The notes below the pieces were generated by a model that worked only from the letters and a program-made list of their open reading frames with translations, did no database searches and had not been told where the DNA came from. A stretch of 64,000 nucleotides of DNA, taken from positions 46,562,001-46,626,000 of the forward strand of contig CM052827.1 of assembly GCA_028534125.1 (NCBI GenBank). The letters are read 5' to 3'. How positions within the stretch are numbered: the first letter of the stretch is position 1; every line of letters begins with the position of its first letter. The translations under genes were made by a program, and so were the position numbers. This document shows positions 12,476-24,778 of the stretch, one piece after another. This DNA comes from Lama glama. Taxonomy: Eukaryota.

Positions 12476-14191
12476 GCTAGTATAGGACATTAGGAATGTC
12501 AGAGGTCTGCAAGGCCCTGAAATAATGTGCAGAAATATGTGTATGTGTGTTCTTCAGGTCGTGGGCCAAACTTGCTAACATCACATTCTCAAGGGGAACC
12601 TACCACCACCAGAGAAAGGTTAGGAATCACTGCCTTTTAGAAATGTGACAAATGAGATCTGTATATTAAATGCGTTTAGTGCAGCGCTTAACCAGTAATA
12701 GTCATTCAATATGTGTTAGATAGTTGGCCACCCCTCCCCCACCCTCAGTTTCTTTGAAGGCAGTAAACATTGCTTAAATGTTTAAAATAGCTTTTTTTAT
12801 ATCTTCTTTGCCACTGGTGCTCAATAAAAATATGTTTAGTTTGGGTGACAGTCTTTGTTTTCAAACTATTGGCCATTCTGTTAACATTTGAGGGTCTCTT
12901 ACGTGCCACTCATGTTATTAGGTGTAGAGAGGTTGAAGTCTCATTTTGGTTATTGCAGATTTCCAGGCATGGAGAGGGTCATCAGGGCTTGGGCTGGATA
13001 ATAACACTAGGATTGAAGAGAAGATGAGTCACATTTTTTTTAGTGGTCATATTGAGGTATAATGTATATTCAGAAAAGTGCTACTCCTGTATTTGATTCA
13101 TTGAAATCCCGTTCTCTGGATCTCGGTTGTATGGGATGTCAGTATGCATCACTTAGATTGCTTCTTTCAGTTCATGCAGTTGCTACTGTTTTCACCAAAT
13201 ACATTAAAAAAATATATTTTGTTGACATTGTCCCAGGAATTTAGGTATATAATTCAAGATAATCTTCAAAGTTTCTCACTCAGGAAGTTGGAAGAACCAT
13301 GAAGTTTGCTGTTGGCATAAGTGTAGAAGCTAGTTTTGAGAAAATGATGAATAATGGCCTTTTGATTTTAAAGTTAAACTGAAACATAACAGTGAAAGTG
13401 CTTAAGAGTTGGCAGCCTGATATGGAACTGGAATATAACTGAGCAATCCAAGTTGAAGATGTGAGTTTGTAATTCATTAACATAGTTGAAACTGTGAGAG
13501 TAGGTGAACTTCTTAGAGGGAAATATCCAGGTTGCCAGCCCAGAAGAGAGAGATTGAGAGAGAATGGTTACAGAGACAGAATTGAGTCTTACAGGCCACT
13601 GAAGAAAAGATTATTATGAAAAGTGTGTGTGTGTGAGATCTTCTTATTAATCAGATGCTTGATAGAGCTATTGACGAGCTTAAGGATGTAAAATGATCTT
13701 GGTTTGGAGTGGAAGGTTATTTTTGAAAAAGCAGAATGTTGGAGGTGAAAGATTTCATTGAGTCAAAAGGACAAATGGGAAATGAGTTCAGTTACAAAGA
13801 AGCGTCTTTGGAGAAAAGATGTTTCTGAAAAGTTGCATTGAATTGAAATTTTCAGTCAAATTATTTTTGGTTTAGTTGCATTATAGGTTTTCTTCTGATT
13901 CACGTTTAACTTTGTTGTCTGCCTTTAAGTTGTTAATGATCAGTAAAAGCACTAGAAGAGTTCCTATTTTAAAAACATCTGCTCTGGAGGTTGTTCATTA
14001 AAGACTGGATCCTCTTAGGAGGTGAAGAATGATCTCACATTGTCCTATAGATTCTTCTGTCTGGTTTGGGGATGTAACTGAGTGTAGAAGTAGCTCTGCT
14101 TGCCCTCCCTCCAGTTGTTGGCTTAGTTGCTCCCACCCTGAATTGCCCAGAGTGGTAGAGCTTTTTCTTGTGTCATGGGAGTGCCCCTGTG

Positions 14192-14338
14192 CAGTGATTC
14201 TGAACTCTGGCTGCACATCACATTTACACAGCAAGTGTTTAAAACACTGACTGAAGCCTGCCTCCCACCACTGAACCCAGGGTTGTGGATAAAGGTCCTC
14301 AGGCGATTCTGAGGGGTAGCCAGGGCGGAGAAGCACTG
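14192..14338. mobile_element. hAT-Charlie MITE (MER5A-like)
   Basis: Terminal inverted ends CAGTGATTCT...AGAAGCACTG and internal GGCTGCACATCA and CAGGCGATTCTGA. Confidence 0.6.
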
Positions 14339-15629
14339 CCTTGAGCCTTTGTCCTGCACAGCTGGTCTTGTTCCCCTGCTAGGGGAGCCCCACCAGGGGT
14401 TGGTTTTCTGCTTTTTGTGAAAAACAGAGTATTGTGAGTTGATTGGGAGGAAAAAAAAATCTCTTTTCCAGGCTACTCAAGTCCTGACCAAAGTCTTGAG
14501 TTTCCTTTTTCTAATAAAAGATTTTTAGTTGTGACAGTGATCTTACATACATAATTCAAGAATGGAGTGCAATCTATTGTTTTGGCTGGTAGAGTAAACT
14601 GTACCTCCATAATTACAATCTTTGGAGACTATTTTTCAACAGATTTAGGGGAGGTTAAACTGAGAAAGTAAACAGTGGACTTGGCAGACCCTTAAGCTAT
14701 CAGCACCCGTTTCTGCATTCTTTTATTTTTCAGCAGATAATAATTTTGCAGCTTTTACTGCTTCAGCCAACTCTTCTAAGTAACTTTTTCATGAACAACC
14801 AAAGCAATTTATTTAAGAGAGCATCCTATATACTTCTTCCTTAAAATTGGAAGGAGAGGGGTGAGTGTAACAGCTAACATGAGTACTTTTTCTTAGGCAG
14901 CTCTGGATTTTCTGAAGTGTTTAAAGAGACAATTGATTGGCAGTGAACAGTAGATTAGAAGAAAATAATTTATGTAGTCACACTTCTTTTTTCCTGAATA
15001 TCTTTTCACATGAAGCTCTGGTTTAGTGATGTACTTTCCTTTCTGGCAGGTGGCCTTCAGTAGCCAAGCTTTTATTGGTTTGGTTCCAGCATATTTCATT
15101 AAGTGAAAAATCCTGTAGAACAGATGCATTTACAAGTTTCTGCTCATGTAGCACTCTGTTTAATGCAACACTGGAGTTTTGATTCAGCGTTGTTGGCAGT
15201 AATTGTCTGTGTGTAGTGTGGGTTTTGAGTGGGTGGTCAGGGGATTTAGGCAATTATAAAGGCCAAGCCAGGCATGAACAATCTGAGGTGATGATTGGGT
15301 GATGATGGGTTGGAGGCTTAAAGTAGAAAGGGTGGGCACCCTTACAGTGGTAACAGGCAGCAGAATACAAGTAACGTACACACTAGTTTAGGTAGTGTTA
15401 TGTACCACTAGTTAGATTCTTTGAACCAAAGGACATGAAATCTTAAAAAAATAAAAAATGAAAAAAGAAGAGGTTCATTCCCAGTGTAAGAATGTTTATA
15501 GTGTATTTAAGAATTCTGCGTAGGTAAATGAAAGATCAGTAGTATGGTCCTTGATCTTCAAGAGCTGTTTAAAAATACCTGCCTCATCCACCTTCTTTAT
15601 AGATGTGCATCTATTTAAAAAAAAAACAT

Positions 15630-16275
15630 GTCGAGGTATAATTTAATACAATAAATGTACCAATTTTAAGTTTGCAGTTTGAGTTTTGACAAATATATCC
15701 ACCAGGGTAACTGCCACCACGATCAAGATACAGAACGTTTCCATTTCCTCCGGCCCCTTTTGCTCTCTGTCCCCACCTCTTACCCAGGCAATTACTAATC
15801 TGCTTTCTGTCACTATAGGCTAAGTTCTCCTTTTCTGGAATTTTCTGTATGTGGAATTATATAGAGAGTACTCTTCTGTCTGGCTTCTTTCACTCAGCAA
15901 AATATTTTTGAGATTTGTCCATGTTGTAAGAGTTCCTTCCTTTTCATTGCTGAATGATCGTCCAGTGTATGGTTGGACCACAGTTGATCTCTTTACCTCT
16001 TAATGTATATTTGTTGTTCTAGTGTTTGATTGTCATGAATGAAGCTGTTGACTCCATGCATGTACAAGTCTTTGTGTGAACATGTTTTCATCTCTTATGG
16101 TTAAAATACCTAGAAGTAGAATTATTCTGTCATGTGGTTGGTATGTGCTTTATTTTGTAAGAAGCTGCCAGGCTTTCCTAAAGTGGTGGTATCCTTTCAC
16201 GTCTGCACCATGAGTGTGTGAGAAGCCCCTTCTGTGTCCTCACCAGCACCTGGTGTCATCAGTCTTCTTAATCTT
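15630..16275 (-). mobile_element. Old L1M 3'-end fragment
   Basis: GAGGTATAATT...ACCACGATCAAGATACAGAAC...CTGGCTTCTTTCACTCAGCA...ATACCTAGAAGTAGAATT. Confidence 0.75.
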
Positions 16276-16704
16276 ATTGTGCTTCAAGATTAAAGGAAAG
16301 AAATTTTTGTCCACTGAAACATGAGCCACATCTCTGACAGAAAAGTGAATCTGACTGCAAAAAGGTAGTTCTTGGTGAAATACGTTTTTTAAAAAGAAAT
16401 TTAAGCAGAAAAGAGAGGGGCAAGAAAGAGTAGGGGAATGCCCCTTTCACATTGGACACAGGTAGCTTATTTGGTGGTCGGGGATGGTAGGGTTTGGGAA
16501 TAAAAACGGACTTTTAAAAGGTTGACCTACCCTGATGCACAACCATGGTTGTTTTGACTTTTTTTTCTTCAAAATTTAAAATTTTGAAAGTTGATTTTTC
16601 TTTAGTTTGGAGACCACATGGTAATTGTGAGTGATTTTCTTCTAGGTCAAAATAGGTATTCAGTTATTAAAGTTTTCTGCAAAGCTTAATTCAGTTGTCT
16701 TGAT

Positions 16705-16860
16705 TATTTTAAATTGAAGTATAGTTGACTGACAGTGTTGTGTTAGTTTCTGGTGTACAGCATAGTGATTCAGTTATATATATTCTTTTTCATGTTCTTT
16801 TTCACTGTGGGTTATTGACTGTAATTCGCTGTGCTATACAGTAGGACCTTGTTGTTTATT
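16705..16860 (-). mobile_element. L1 3' UTR fragment (laurasiatherian type)
   Basis: AATTGAAGTATAGTTGA...GTACAGCATAGTGATTCAGTTAT...TGTGCTATACAGTAGGACCTTGTTG. Confidence 0.75.
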
Positions 16861-17094
16861 AAATGTTGTTTTTAAAAGTTAAATGTCATATCTTGATTAT
16901 GTTAAAAGTTTATATTTAAAAATGAAAATAGTGCCGCTGCCTGGCACATCTCTGGTGATAGTAGAAACAGGAGAATAGAAACCAATCAGAGCAGTTAGGT
17001 TGGAATTTTGTCAGCCCACTGACAACCTGGGAGTTTAACTATTATTGTGGTGCATGGAGAGGTCATCATTCCTCACCCCTAGAACTTTTATTTA

Positions 17095-17260
17095 TTGTGA
17101 GTTTTTATTTCTGTTGCTTGGATAGACTGCCCTAAGACTACATTGCTAAGATTTATGTCATGTAATGTTTTGCCTGTTTTCTTCCAAGGGGTTTACAGTG
17201 TCTTGTCTTATGTTTTAAGTCTTTAAGCCATTTTTGAGTTCGTTTTTGTGTATGGTGTGG
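17095..17260 (-). mobile_element. L1 ORF2 fragment
   Basis: Minus-strand translation PHHTQKRTQKWLKDLKHK resembles the ORF2 motif PYTKINSKWIKDLNV. Confidence 0.7.
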
Positions 17261-17974
17261 GTTTTCTCTGTTAAATGAATCATGTTTTCTAATTTGGAGA
17301 TGGCAGTTTGTGGAAACAAGTTTTAGCTCAGACTCTCCATGAAAGCACTTAGAGAAGTAGATCCAACCTAGTAACAAATCATACTTGGAAAAGCCAGTGG
17401 ATAACTTTTGATAGGACTTTAATAGTCAGAATGAAATACACAAAATACAGGAAGCCACATTTGATTCCTAAGGAGGGATGCTGTCCACTGGAGTGGCTTT
17501 GTAACTGTCCGTTTGTTCCCTTCTCAGAACTCAAGAAAGTAAGCAGAATTCTGCTGCAACCTAGTCAGTGGAGAAACAGGCCTTCCTCAGCCTTTGTCTG
17601 CTTTTGCCATTTGTAATAATACTCTTTGCACCTCGCAGTCCGCTTGCACTGTGACAAAACTGTAAATGTCATCATCTCTCAAACCCTCTGTCTTATTCAA
17701 GGTTTATTTTCATCATCTAGCACAGTTCAGTGTGGATAGTTGGTGCTCAATACATATTGTTAAATCAGTGCAGTTCCTGCTGTGGATTAACTGGACAGTG
17801 TCATCTCCAGGTGTCCCCCCAGACCACCCACACCACTCTCCAAAGAGCACACAGTGACTCATCAGTAGATGCCGGTTAGCATCCATTAAGTTCTGGGCCC
17901 TGATCGGTAACATTTAGTAAAGAAATTTAAATGTTTCTTTTTGTGCAAGTACTGACCTGTTTTTCATTTTTTTA

Positions 17975-18300
17975 CTTATTTATTTTGCTGAGGTGTTATT
18001 AACATACAATAAAATTTATCCATTTAAATAGCAGTACATTTTGGTGGATTTTAGTATATTCATAGAGTTGTGCAACTGTCACCACAGTTGATTTTAGAAC
18101 ATTTCATCACACCAAAAAGTAACCCCATATCCATTAGTGGTGACCCCCTAAGACCCCTCCACCCAGCCCCTGGCAACCACAGTCTGCTTTCTGTCTCTGG
18201 GAATTTGCCTCTTCTGGACGTTTCGCATGAATCGTACAGCAGGTGGTCCTTTGAGTCAGACACCTCTCAGCATGATGTGTCAGGTCCATCCACCTGGTAG
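17975..18300 (-). mobile_element. Old L1MB-type 3'-end fragment
   Basis: GTTGTGCAACTGTCACCAC...TTTTAGAACATTTCATCAC...CAGCCCCTGGCAACCAC...TTGCCTCTTCTGGAC. Confidence 0.75.
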
Positions 18301-18834
18301 CCGGTGTTAGTCTGAGAGCATTTCCGAACCCCAGTTTCATGCACGGTCCTGATTAGGTCCAGGAGGTCCTGTTGGAGCTGGGAGGAACTATGGAGGTGGT
18401 TTAGTCTGGCACACCCTCGTTTTTGAGATGAAATTAAGGCTTTTACCGCTGGAAACAGTTTATTTGTCCTCAGCTTTTCCTTGTATCTCCCAAGTTAAGT
18501 CTCCTGGATTGAGAAACAAGGGAGGGAACTTTGTGCTTTTCCTCAACCTCTGGTCGCTTGGTTCCCTCATTTAACCCTGCGGGGCTAACCTGGTGCCCAG
18601 GCCAGTGCTGGGGACACTGTTTCTCAGGTGGCTGAGCCGGGGAGTGCACGGCCTGTGCACGGTGTGCACTGATCACTGCCTCTGGGTCGTGACTTTTTAC
18701 CTTGGATTCTGATCTCCCATTTCCATGAACCTTTTAAGGCAAAGGACGTTGATTTGGTGGCACCCTGTGTAATAATTGGTGTTTCTGGAGACCAAGCTGT
18801 GGAAGTTGGCCTGAAGGCTTGGCGTGCAGTGCTC

Positions 18835-18853
18835 CAGCGCCCCCTAGTGCCGG
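18835..18853 (-). promoter_or_regulatory. Candidate CTCF site
   Basis: Minus strand CCGGCACTAGGGGGCGCTG versus consensus TGGCCACCAGGGGGCGCTA, in a locally CpG-retaining patch. Confidence 0.55.
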
Positions 18854-20020
18854 TCCCGGTTCTCTCTCTGCAGACAGTTGTGTTCCCTTGACTTCATCAT
18901 ATCCGTGGTGATCTGCAGGCCATGTGGTCCGCCTTCCCTTTACCTTCCTTGGACTGAGACTGTGTCTTTGCTTTCTTTAGCACAAACGCTGCTATTTCTA
19001 GTTTTGCCTGCCCCTTCCCCACCCTGTGCGGCCCTGGGCCCTCCAGGGCTGAGACCTCCCATCTCCAGAAGGTGAAACCTGGAGTGACTGCACCTGGGCT
19101 ATGCTTCAGTGAAGTGTCCTGTTTCCATCCTGTCTTGTGGCCTGCCCCGCTTTCCTGATGTGTTTCTTGTGTGTGTATATTTTTCATGTCCTCTCTAGAA
19201 AGGATCAGAAAATAAACATGAACAGTGGGAGTTCTTAGAGCCCCAGCTGGGGTCGATCAGAAAGGAGGGGAAACCGAGCTTTGTTCTGGTGGTGAAGGAA
19301 CAGCCTGAGAGGGGAGTGGGGCGGTGGAAGGCCCTGTAGTGCGTCTTCCCTGCAGGTGTCACAGCAGCTGGGAGAAGAGTGTTTGTGGTTGATTCCTTGT
19401 TCCTCCTATTCACTCCATTATTGCTTGAAACCTTGGAGAATTTCCAGGTTTGACTCCCAGTATTTGGTACGGGGACCAAATGGGGGCGGTAAAGCTGTTA
19501 GTGACTGTGTACACGTTTCTGTGAGGCGGCATGGCCCACAGAGGCCCTCGGACACCTTGTGTTTTAGCTTCCCAGTGCCCACTACTGTGTGCCTGTGTGT
19601 GCTGTGCCCTCACTAGCCTTGGCAAGTGCTGCAAGGAAGAAGGCACTTAATTCCCGTTCTGTCTCCCACTCCAGCATCGCTGTCCTGGGTTTCAGCTCAC
19701 TCTGCTCCTGCAGGACAAACTAATTCATGTGGTCAGTGGCATAGTCCCTACCAGATTGTAAAGTCTGAAATAAGGCACAGAATCATTTTCATCTGTTTAC
19801 CCAAATGTCTACAATGTTTTCTCTTTAAAAACAGACTTTAAATTATATTTATTAATTCTCCAGAGGAAGAATATCTCATACACATAGAAGGAGAAGGTAA
19901 AAAGTTTCCTGAAAACTGTTTTGTCATGTTAGCTTAAAAAAAAAAAAAGCTCTACTTGGGAATCATTTCAAATTTACAAAGGTTGCAAAAATAAAATAGT
20001 ACGAAGAACTCGTATTTACT

Positions 20021-20151
20021 TTTGTTTATTTGTTTTTGGGAGGAGGAGGTAATTAGGTTTATTTATTTATGTTTAGAGGAGGTACTGTGGATTGAACCCA
20101 GGACCTTATGTATACTAGGCATGCTGTCTGCCACTTGAGCTATACCCTCCC
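20021..20151 (-). mobile_element. tRNA-derived SINE (vic-1-like, long-tailed form) inserted into an old L1M fragment
   Basis: Reverse complement reads GGGAGGGTATAGCTCAAGTGGCAGA...GGTCCTGGGTTCAATCCACAGTACCTCC followed by an (AAAT)n/CCTAATTACCTCC tail. Confidence 0.85.
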
Positions 20152-20879
20152 GCCATTTACATTTTTATTCGGATTGACCTTTTAAGGTTGAACATCACTT
20201 GTGTGCCCTTGAAGTTCTCTCTCTACACAAATTCCCAGACAAGCTCACAAACACACACAAATTGACATTTTTTCCTTCCCCTTGAGATTTGAGGATGGAT
20301 TACATGCACACCATGACCTTTTACCCCATTTGTTTGAATGTCTATTTCATTAGAATATTCCCTTCTATAACCACAGTAGGAAGTTATCACTTCCGTAAGT
20401 TTACATGGATGCAATACTTTTTTCTGACCTGCTGTTCTGAGTTTGTCATTTGACCTAATCTCTTTTACAGCATTCCCCTGCCCCCGACAGTCTTTGTGAT
20501 TTCGACTTTTTTGAAGAACACAGTCCTCTTCCTGGTTTTTGGCAACATTTTTTTTTTATTTTTTATTGATTTATAATCATTTTACAATGTTGTGTCAAAT
20601 TCCAGTGTAGAGCACAATTTTTCAGTCATACATGAACATATATATATTCGTTGTCACATTTTTTTTTCTGTGAACTACCATAAGATCTTGTGTATATTTC
20701 CCTGTGCTATACAGTATAATCTTGTTTATCTATTCTACAATTTTGAAATCCCAATCTATCTCTTCCCACCCCCCACCCCCTACCCCCTTGGCAACCACAA
20801 GTTTGTATTCTATGTCTGTGAGTCTATTTCTGTTTCGTATTTATGCTTTGTTTGTTTTTGTTTTTGTTTTTTAGATTCC

Positions 20880-21379
20880 NNNNNNNNNNNNNNNNNNNNN
20901 NNNNNNNNNNNNNNNNNNNNNNNNNNNNNNNNNNNNNNNNNNNNNNNNNNNNNNNNNNNNNNNNNNNNNNNNNNNNNNNNNNNNNNNNNNNNNNNNNNNN
21001 NNNNNNNNNNNNNNNNNNNNNNNNNNNNNNNNNNNNNNNNNNNNNNNNNNNNNNNNNNNNNNNNNNNNNNNNNNNNNNNNNNNNNNNNNNNNNNNNNNNN
21101 NNNNNNNNNNNNNNNNNNNNNNNNNNNNNNNNNNNNNNNNNNNNNNNNNNNNNNNNNNNNNNNNNNNNNNNNNNNNNNNNNNNNNNNNNNNNNNNNNNNN
21201 NNNNNNNNNNNNNNNNNNNNNNNNNNNNNNNNNNNNNNNNNNNNNNNNNNNNNNNNNNNNNNNNNNNNNNNNNNNNNNNNNNNNNNNNNNNNNNNNNNNN
21301 NNNNNNNNNNNNNNNNNNNNNNNNNNNNNNNNNNNNNNNNNNNNNNNNNNNNNNNNNNNNNNNNNNNNNNNNNNNNNNN
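20880..21379. other. Assembly gap (500 N)
   Basis: Run of N. Confidence 1.
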
Positions 21380-21457
21380 AAAAAAAAAAACTCTGTATTT
21401 TCTTGCTTCCCTCTCCCACTCTTAGTGATTTAAATGTCTTCTTTTACAATTTTGTGC

Positions 21458-22426
21458 TTATTTTATTTGTAATTCATGAGTTATCACCTTTCCAGTTATG
21501 AGTTTCTCATTTCTGTAGCATCCTGCTTCTTTTCTATTTAGACCTTTCAATATTTCTTTTAGCATGGGTTTAATGTTGCTAAACTCTTCTAATTTTTGCT
21601 TGTCTGTGAAATTCTTTCTCTCTCCTTCTATCCCAAAGGATAGCCTTGCTGGATAAAGTATCCTAGGCTGCATCTTTTTTTCATTCAGGACTTTGAATAT
21701 ATCTTGCCACTCCCTTCTGGCCTGTAGTGTTTGTGTAGAGAAATCTGCTGAGAGCCTTATGGGGGTTCCCTTGTAACTCACTCTTTGCTTTTCTCTTGCT
21801 GCCTTTAGGATTATTTCTTTATCCTTGACTCTGGCCATCTTGATTATGATATGTCTTGGTGTGGGTCTGTTTGGGTTCTTCCTGTTTTGGACCCTTTGAA
21901 CTTCCTGTATTTGGATATCTGATTCCTTCTTTAAGATTGGGAAGTTTTCAGTCATGATTTCTTCAAAAAACCTTTCAATCCCCTTTGATCTTCCCCTTCT
22001 AGGACCCTTATTCGAAGATTGGCATGCTTTATATTATCCCATAGGTCCCTTATGTTGCTTTCATTTGTTTTTATTTGTTTATCTTGCAGTTGTTCTCATT
22101 GGGTGCTTTCTGTTGTCCTGTCTTCTAGGTCACTAATTCGTTCCTCTGCATTAGCTAGTCTGCTTTGCACGGCCTTTAGATCTGTTCTCATCTCAGCCAA
22201 TGAGTTTACGTTCTACTTGGCTCTTCTTTATAGCTTCAGTTTCATTTTTGACATATTTTAGATCTCTAAACACTCTCTCTTTTAGTTCCTTCGATACTTT
22301 GATCACTCCTTTTTTGAAATCTTGATCTAGTAGGCTATTGATGTCTATTTCATTGATCATTCTTTCAGGGGATTTCTCTTGTTCTTTTCATTGGGAATGG
22401 TTTCTCTGCCTCTTCATCTTGCTCAT
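21458..22426 (-). pseudogene. L1 ORF1 (RNA-binding chaperone), disrupted
   Basis: Starts MSKMKRQRNHSQ* with a stop at 22388-22390. The C-terminal half is still open and has typical ORF1p motifs (ENFP, PTPRHIIIKM, ILKAAREK, YKGTPIRLSADFS, ARREW, YPARLSF). Confidence 0.9.
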
Positions 22427-22540
22427 ATGTCTCTGGTACAGTGGCTTATGGAGTATCAGTTGTCTATTGTGGTCCTTAAAGGAGTTTATTTAATTATCTA
22501 TCTAATACCTATGTAGGAATAAAACTTAAAAAATAAAAAA

Positions 22541-23640
22541 AGGAGAGAGAATTTTAAAAGAAGGGAGAAAAAAGTGTTTGAAAACAGTGTATAATCAATT
22601 ATAGAAGTGCGATTTGAATCGGACTAGCTTTCGAGTTGAGATGTCTTTTTTTTAAACCCTTAAAAAAAAAGGAAAAAGATCCAAAAATGATATTTGAAAC
22701 CTATTTGTAATCAATAACGGGAGATCAAAACCAAAAGAAATGAAAATGAAATCAGGTGGATTTAAAAAAAAATAATAATATAACTACTTTAAAAGAAAAA
22801 TTTGAAATGGAATTGAAACTAGAAGCATATACAATTGTTTAGAAAGTAGAAATTAAAAAGGTAATAGAAAATAGAACAGATTAAAAAAAGATAAGAGATA
22901 ATTTTAAGAGAAGGGAGGGAAAAAAGGCCTGAAAATAGTGTACAGTCAATTATAGAAGAGCAATTTGAATTAGACTAGCATTCGAGTTGACATCTTTTTA
23001 AAAACCCTAAAAAAAAGGAAAAAAGATCAAAAAATGACACTTGAAACACATTTACAATCAACAACAGATCAAACCCAAAAGAAGTGATAATTCAATCAAG
23101 TGGATTCTCTTTAAAAAACAATATAACTACTTTAAGAGAATAACCCAAAAGGAATCAAAACTAGAAGCACACATAATTGTCTGGAAAGAAGAATACAAGA
23201 AGGAACCAAAACTAGAAGCACACACAACCGTCCAGAAAGTAGAAATCAAAAAGGGAATAGAAAATAGAACAGACAAAAAAAAGATATGATAAAGAGAGAA
23301 TTCCGAAGAAGTGGAGGGGGAAAAAAAGGCCTGAAAACACCATACAATGAACAACTGAAGAGTAAGTTGAAGCAGAACAGCAATTGGGTTGAGACGTCTC
23401 CCAAAAAGCTCCAAAATAGGAGAAAAGAGGGAAAAAACACATTTGAAACCTGTGTACAATCAACAGGTGATCAAAACCAAGAGAGAGAAAAATGACACAA
23501 CGTGGATCTTTCAAAATAACAATACCATTTTAAAAGAAAAATTCAAAAGGGACCAGAACTGGGAGGATATACAACTGTTTAAAAAGCAAAAATCAAAAAG
23601 GTAACAGAAAATACAACAGGCAAAAACATTAAAAGAAAAA
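22541..23640. repeat. Three diverged ~350-400 bp tandem units within the L1 5' UTR
   Basis: Units start at about 22541, 22891 and 23289 (AGAGAGAATTTT...GAAAACAGTGTA...TTGAAAC...AAACTAGAAGCA); unit 2 has an internal ~51-bp duplication at 23151-23250. Confidence 0.8.
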
Positions 23641-24767
23641 AAAAAAAGAGGGGGGAAGGGGTGTTCTCCCGGAGACTGCTCTTAATGAGAAGTCTTTCTG
23701 TCTTAGCCCTGTTTCGCGAGCTCGGCTTGTTTCCTGAGGCTCTCCGTTGTTGCCCTGGTCTGTGCTGCTCCCAGTGCCTGTCGTCAAGCAGATCGCGCCC
23801 CTTTCCAGCACAGCGTTCCTGCCGGAAAGGCGGGGGGCGACCTGTGGTCTCCTGGCGGCAGTCGCTCCACAGCTGGAGCCTCCTAGCGCTCTGCCCCCCT
23901 GCCCTGGGAAGACCACGGAACAGCCCCGCCCATGCTCCATGTCCAAACTCAGTACCTTGTTTGTTCTGGCGGCGTGAACTTTGCGAGGCACCAGGGCGGA
24001 AGGATCCTATCTGATTTCGGCTGCAAACAAGTCACTGCCTGGTCTCAGAGGCTGTTGAGTCCCCAGGTGCAGACTCAGGTTTCACCCCCGCCCCCACCTG
24101 GGTGCCAGGCTCTGGAGGATGTGGTGGCTGTGCTTGAGCCCCGCCCCTCCTCGCTGAAAACCTTCCGCAGGTTTTCAGAGATGGGGGTATGCAGCCTTCC
24201 CCCCAGGGCCCATCAGCCTTGCTGTTTCATGGAGGGCACAGGTTGTTCTGCCCTGTGCACCCACTTATTTGCGTTGTGCAGCACCTTGCAGTCCCCCGGG
24301 GCTGCCTCAGTGCAGCCGTCCCCGTCCTCCTTCCCCGTCCTCCGCCCAGTTTAGGCAGCCTGTCCCGGCCCCCAGCTCCCGGCTTGGGTTTCGGGCTGGG
24401 TGTCGCAGAGACCCTCTGTGCCCGTTCAACCCAGTTCTGTTGTTCAAAGGCTGCTGCATACAGATTCAAGCCTCAGAGGCTCCCCCTCCGTCCCCTGGCC
24501 TCTCCGTTGGAGAGGGGGAGACCCAGCGAAAAGCGCCAGTCCTCCTTTGCTGCTCCCTCCCTGCGGGACCGATCCCGCACTGTTTTGCCTTTTCGTCTTC
24601 CTTTTTTTTTCTCTTTCTTTCTCCTACCAGATTTTTGGTGTCTTTGTCTTTTGAAGACAACGATGTTCTGTCGGAGTTCCACAGGTGCTCTGGTTGGCTG
24701 AGTGGGTCGATAGATGTGAGTCTTGGTGTACCTGTGGAAGAGGGTGAGCTGCGTGCCTCCTGCTCCT

Positions 24768-24778
24768 CCGCCATCTTG
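24768..24778 (-). promoter_or_regulatory. YY1 motif of the L1 internal promoter
   Basis: CAAGATGGCGG a few nt inside the L1 5' end, the usual position in mammalian L1s. Confidence 0.7.

Noticed and set aside
20592-21433. Long ORFs of 182-277 aa in the ORF track
   Set aside because: Artefacts of translating through the N gap
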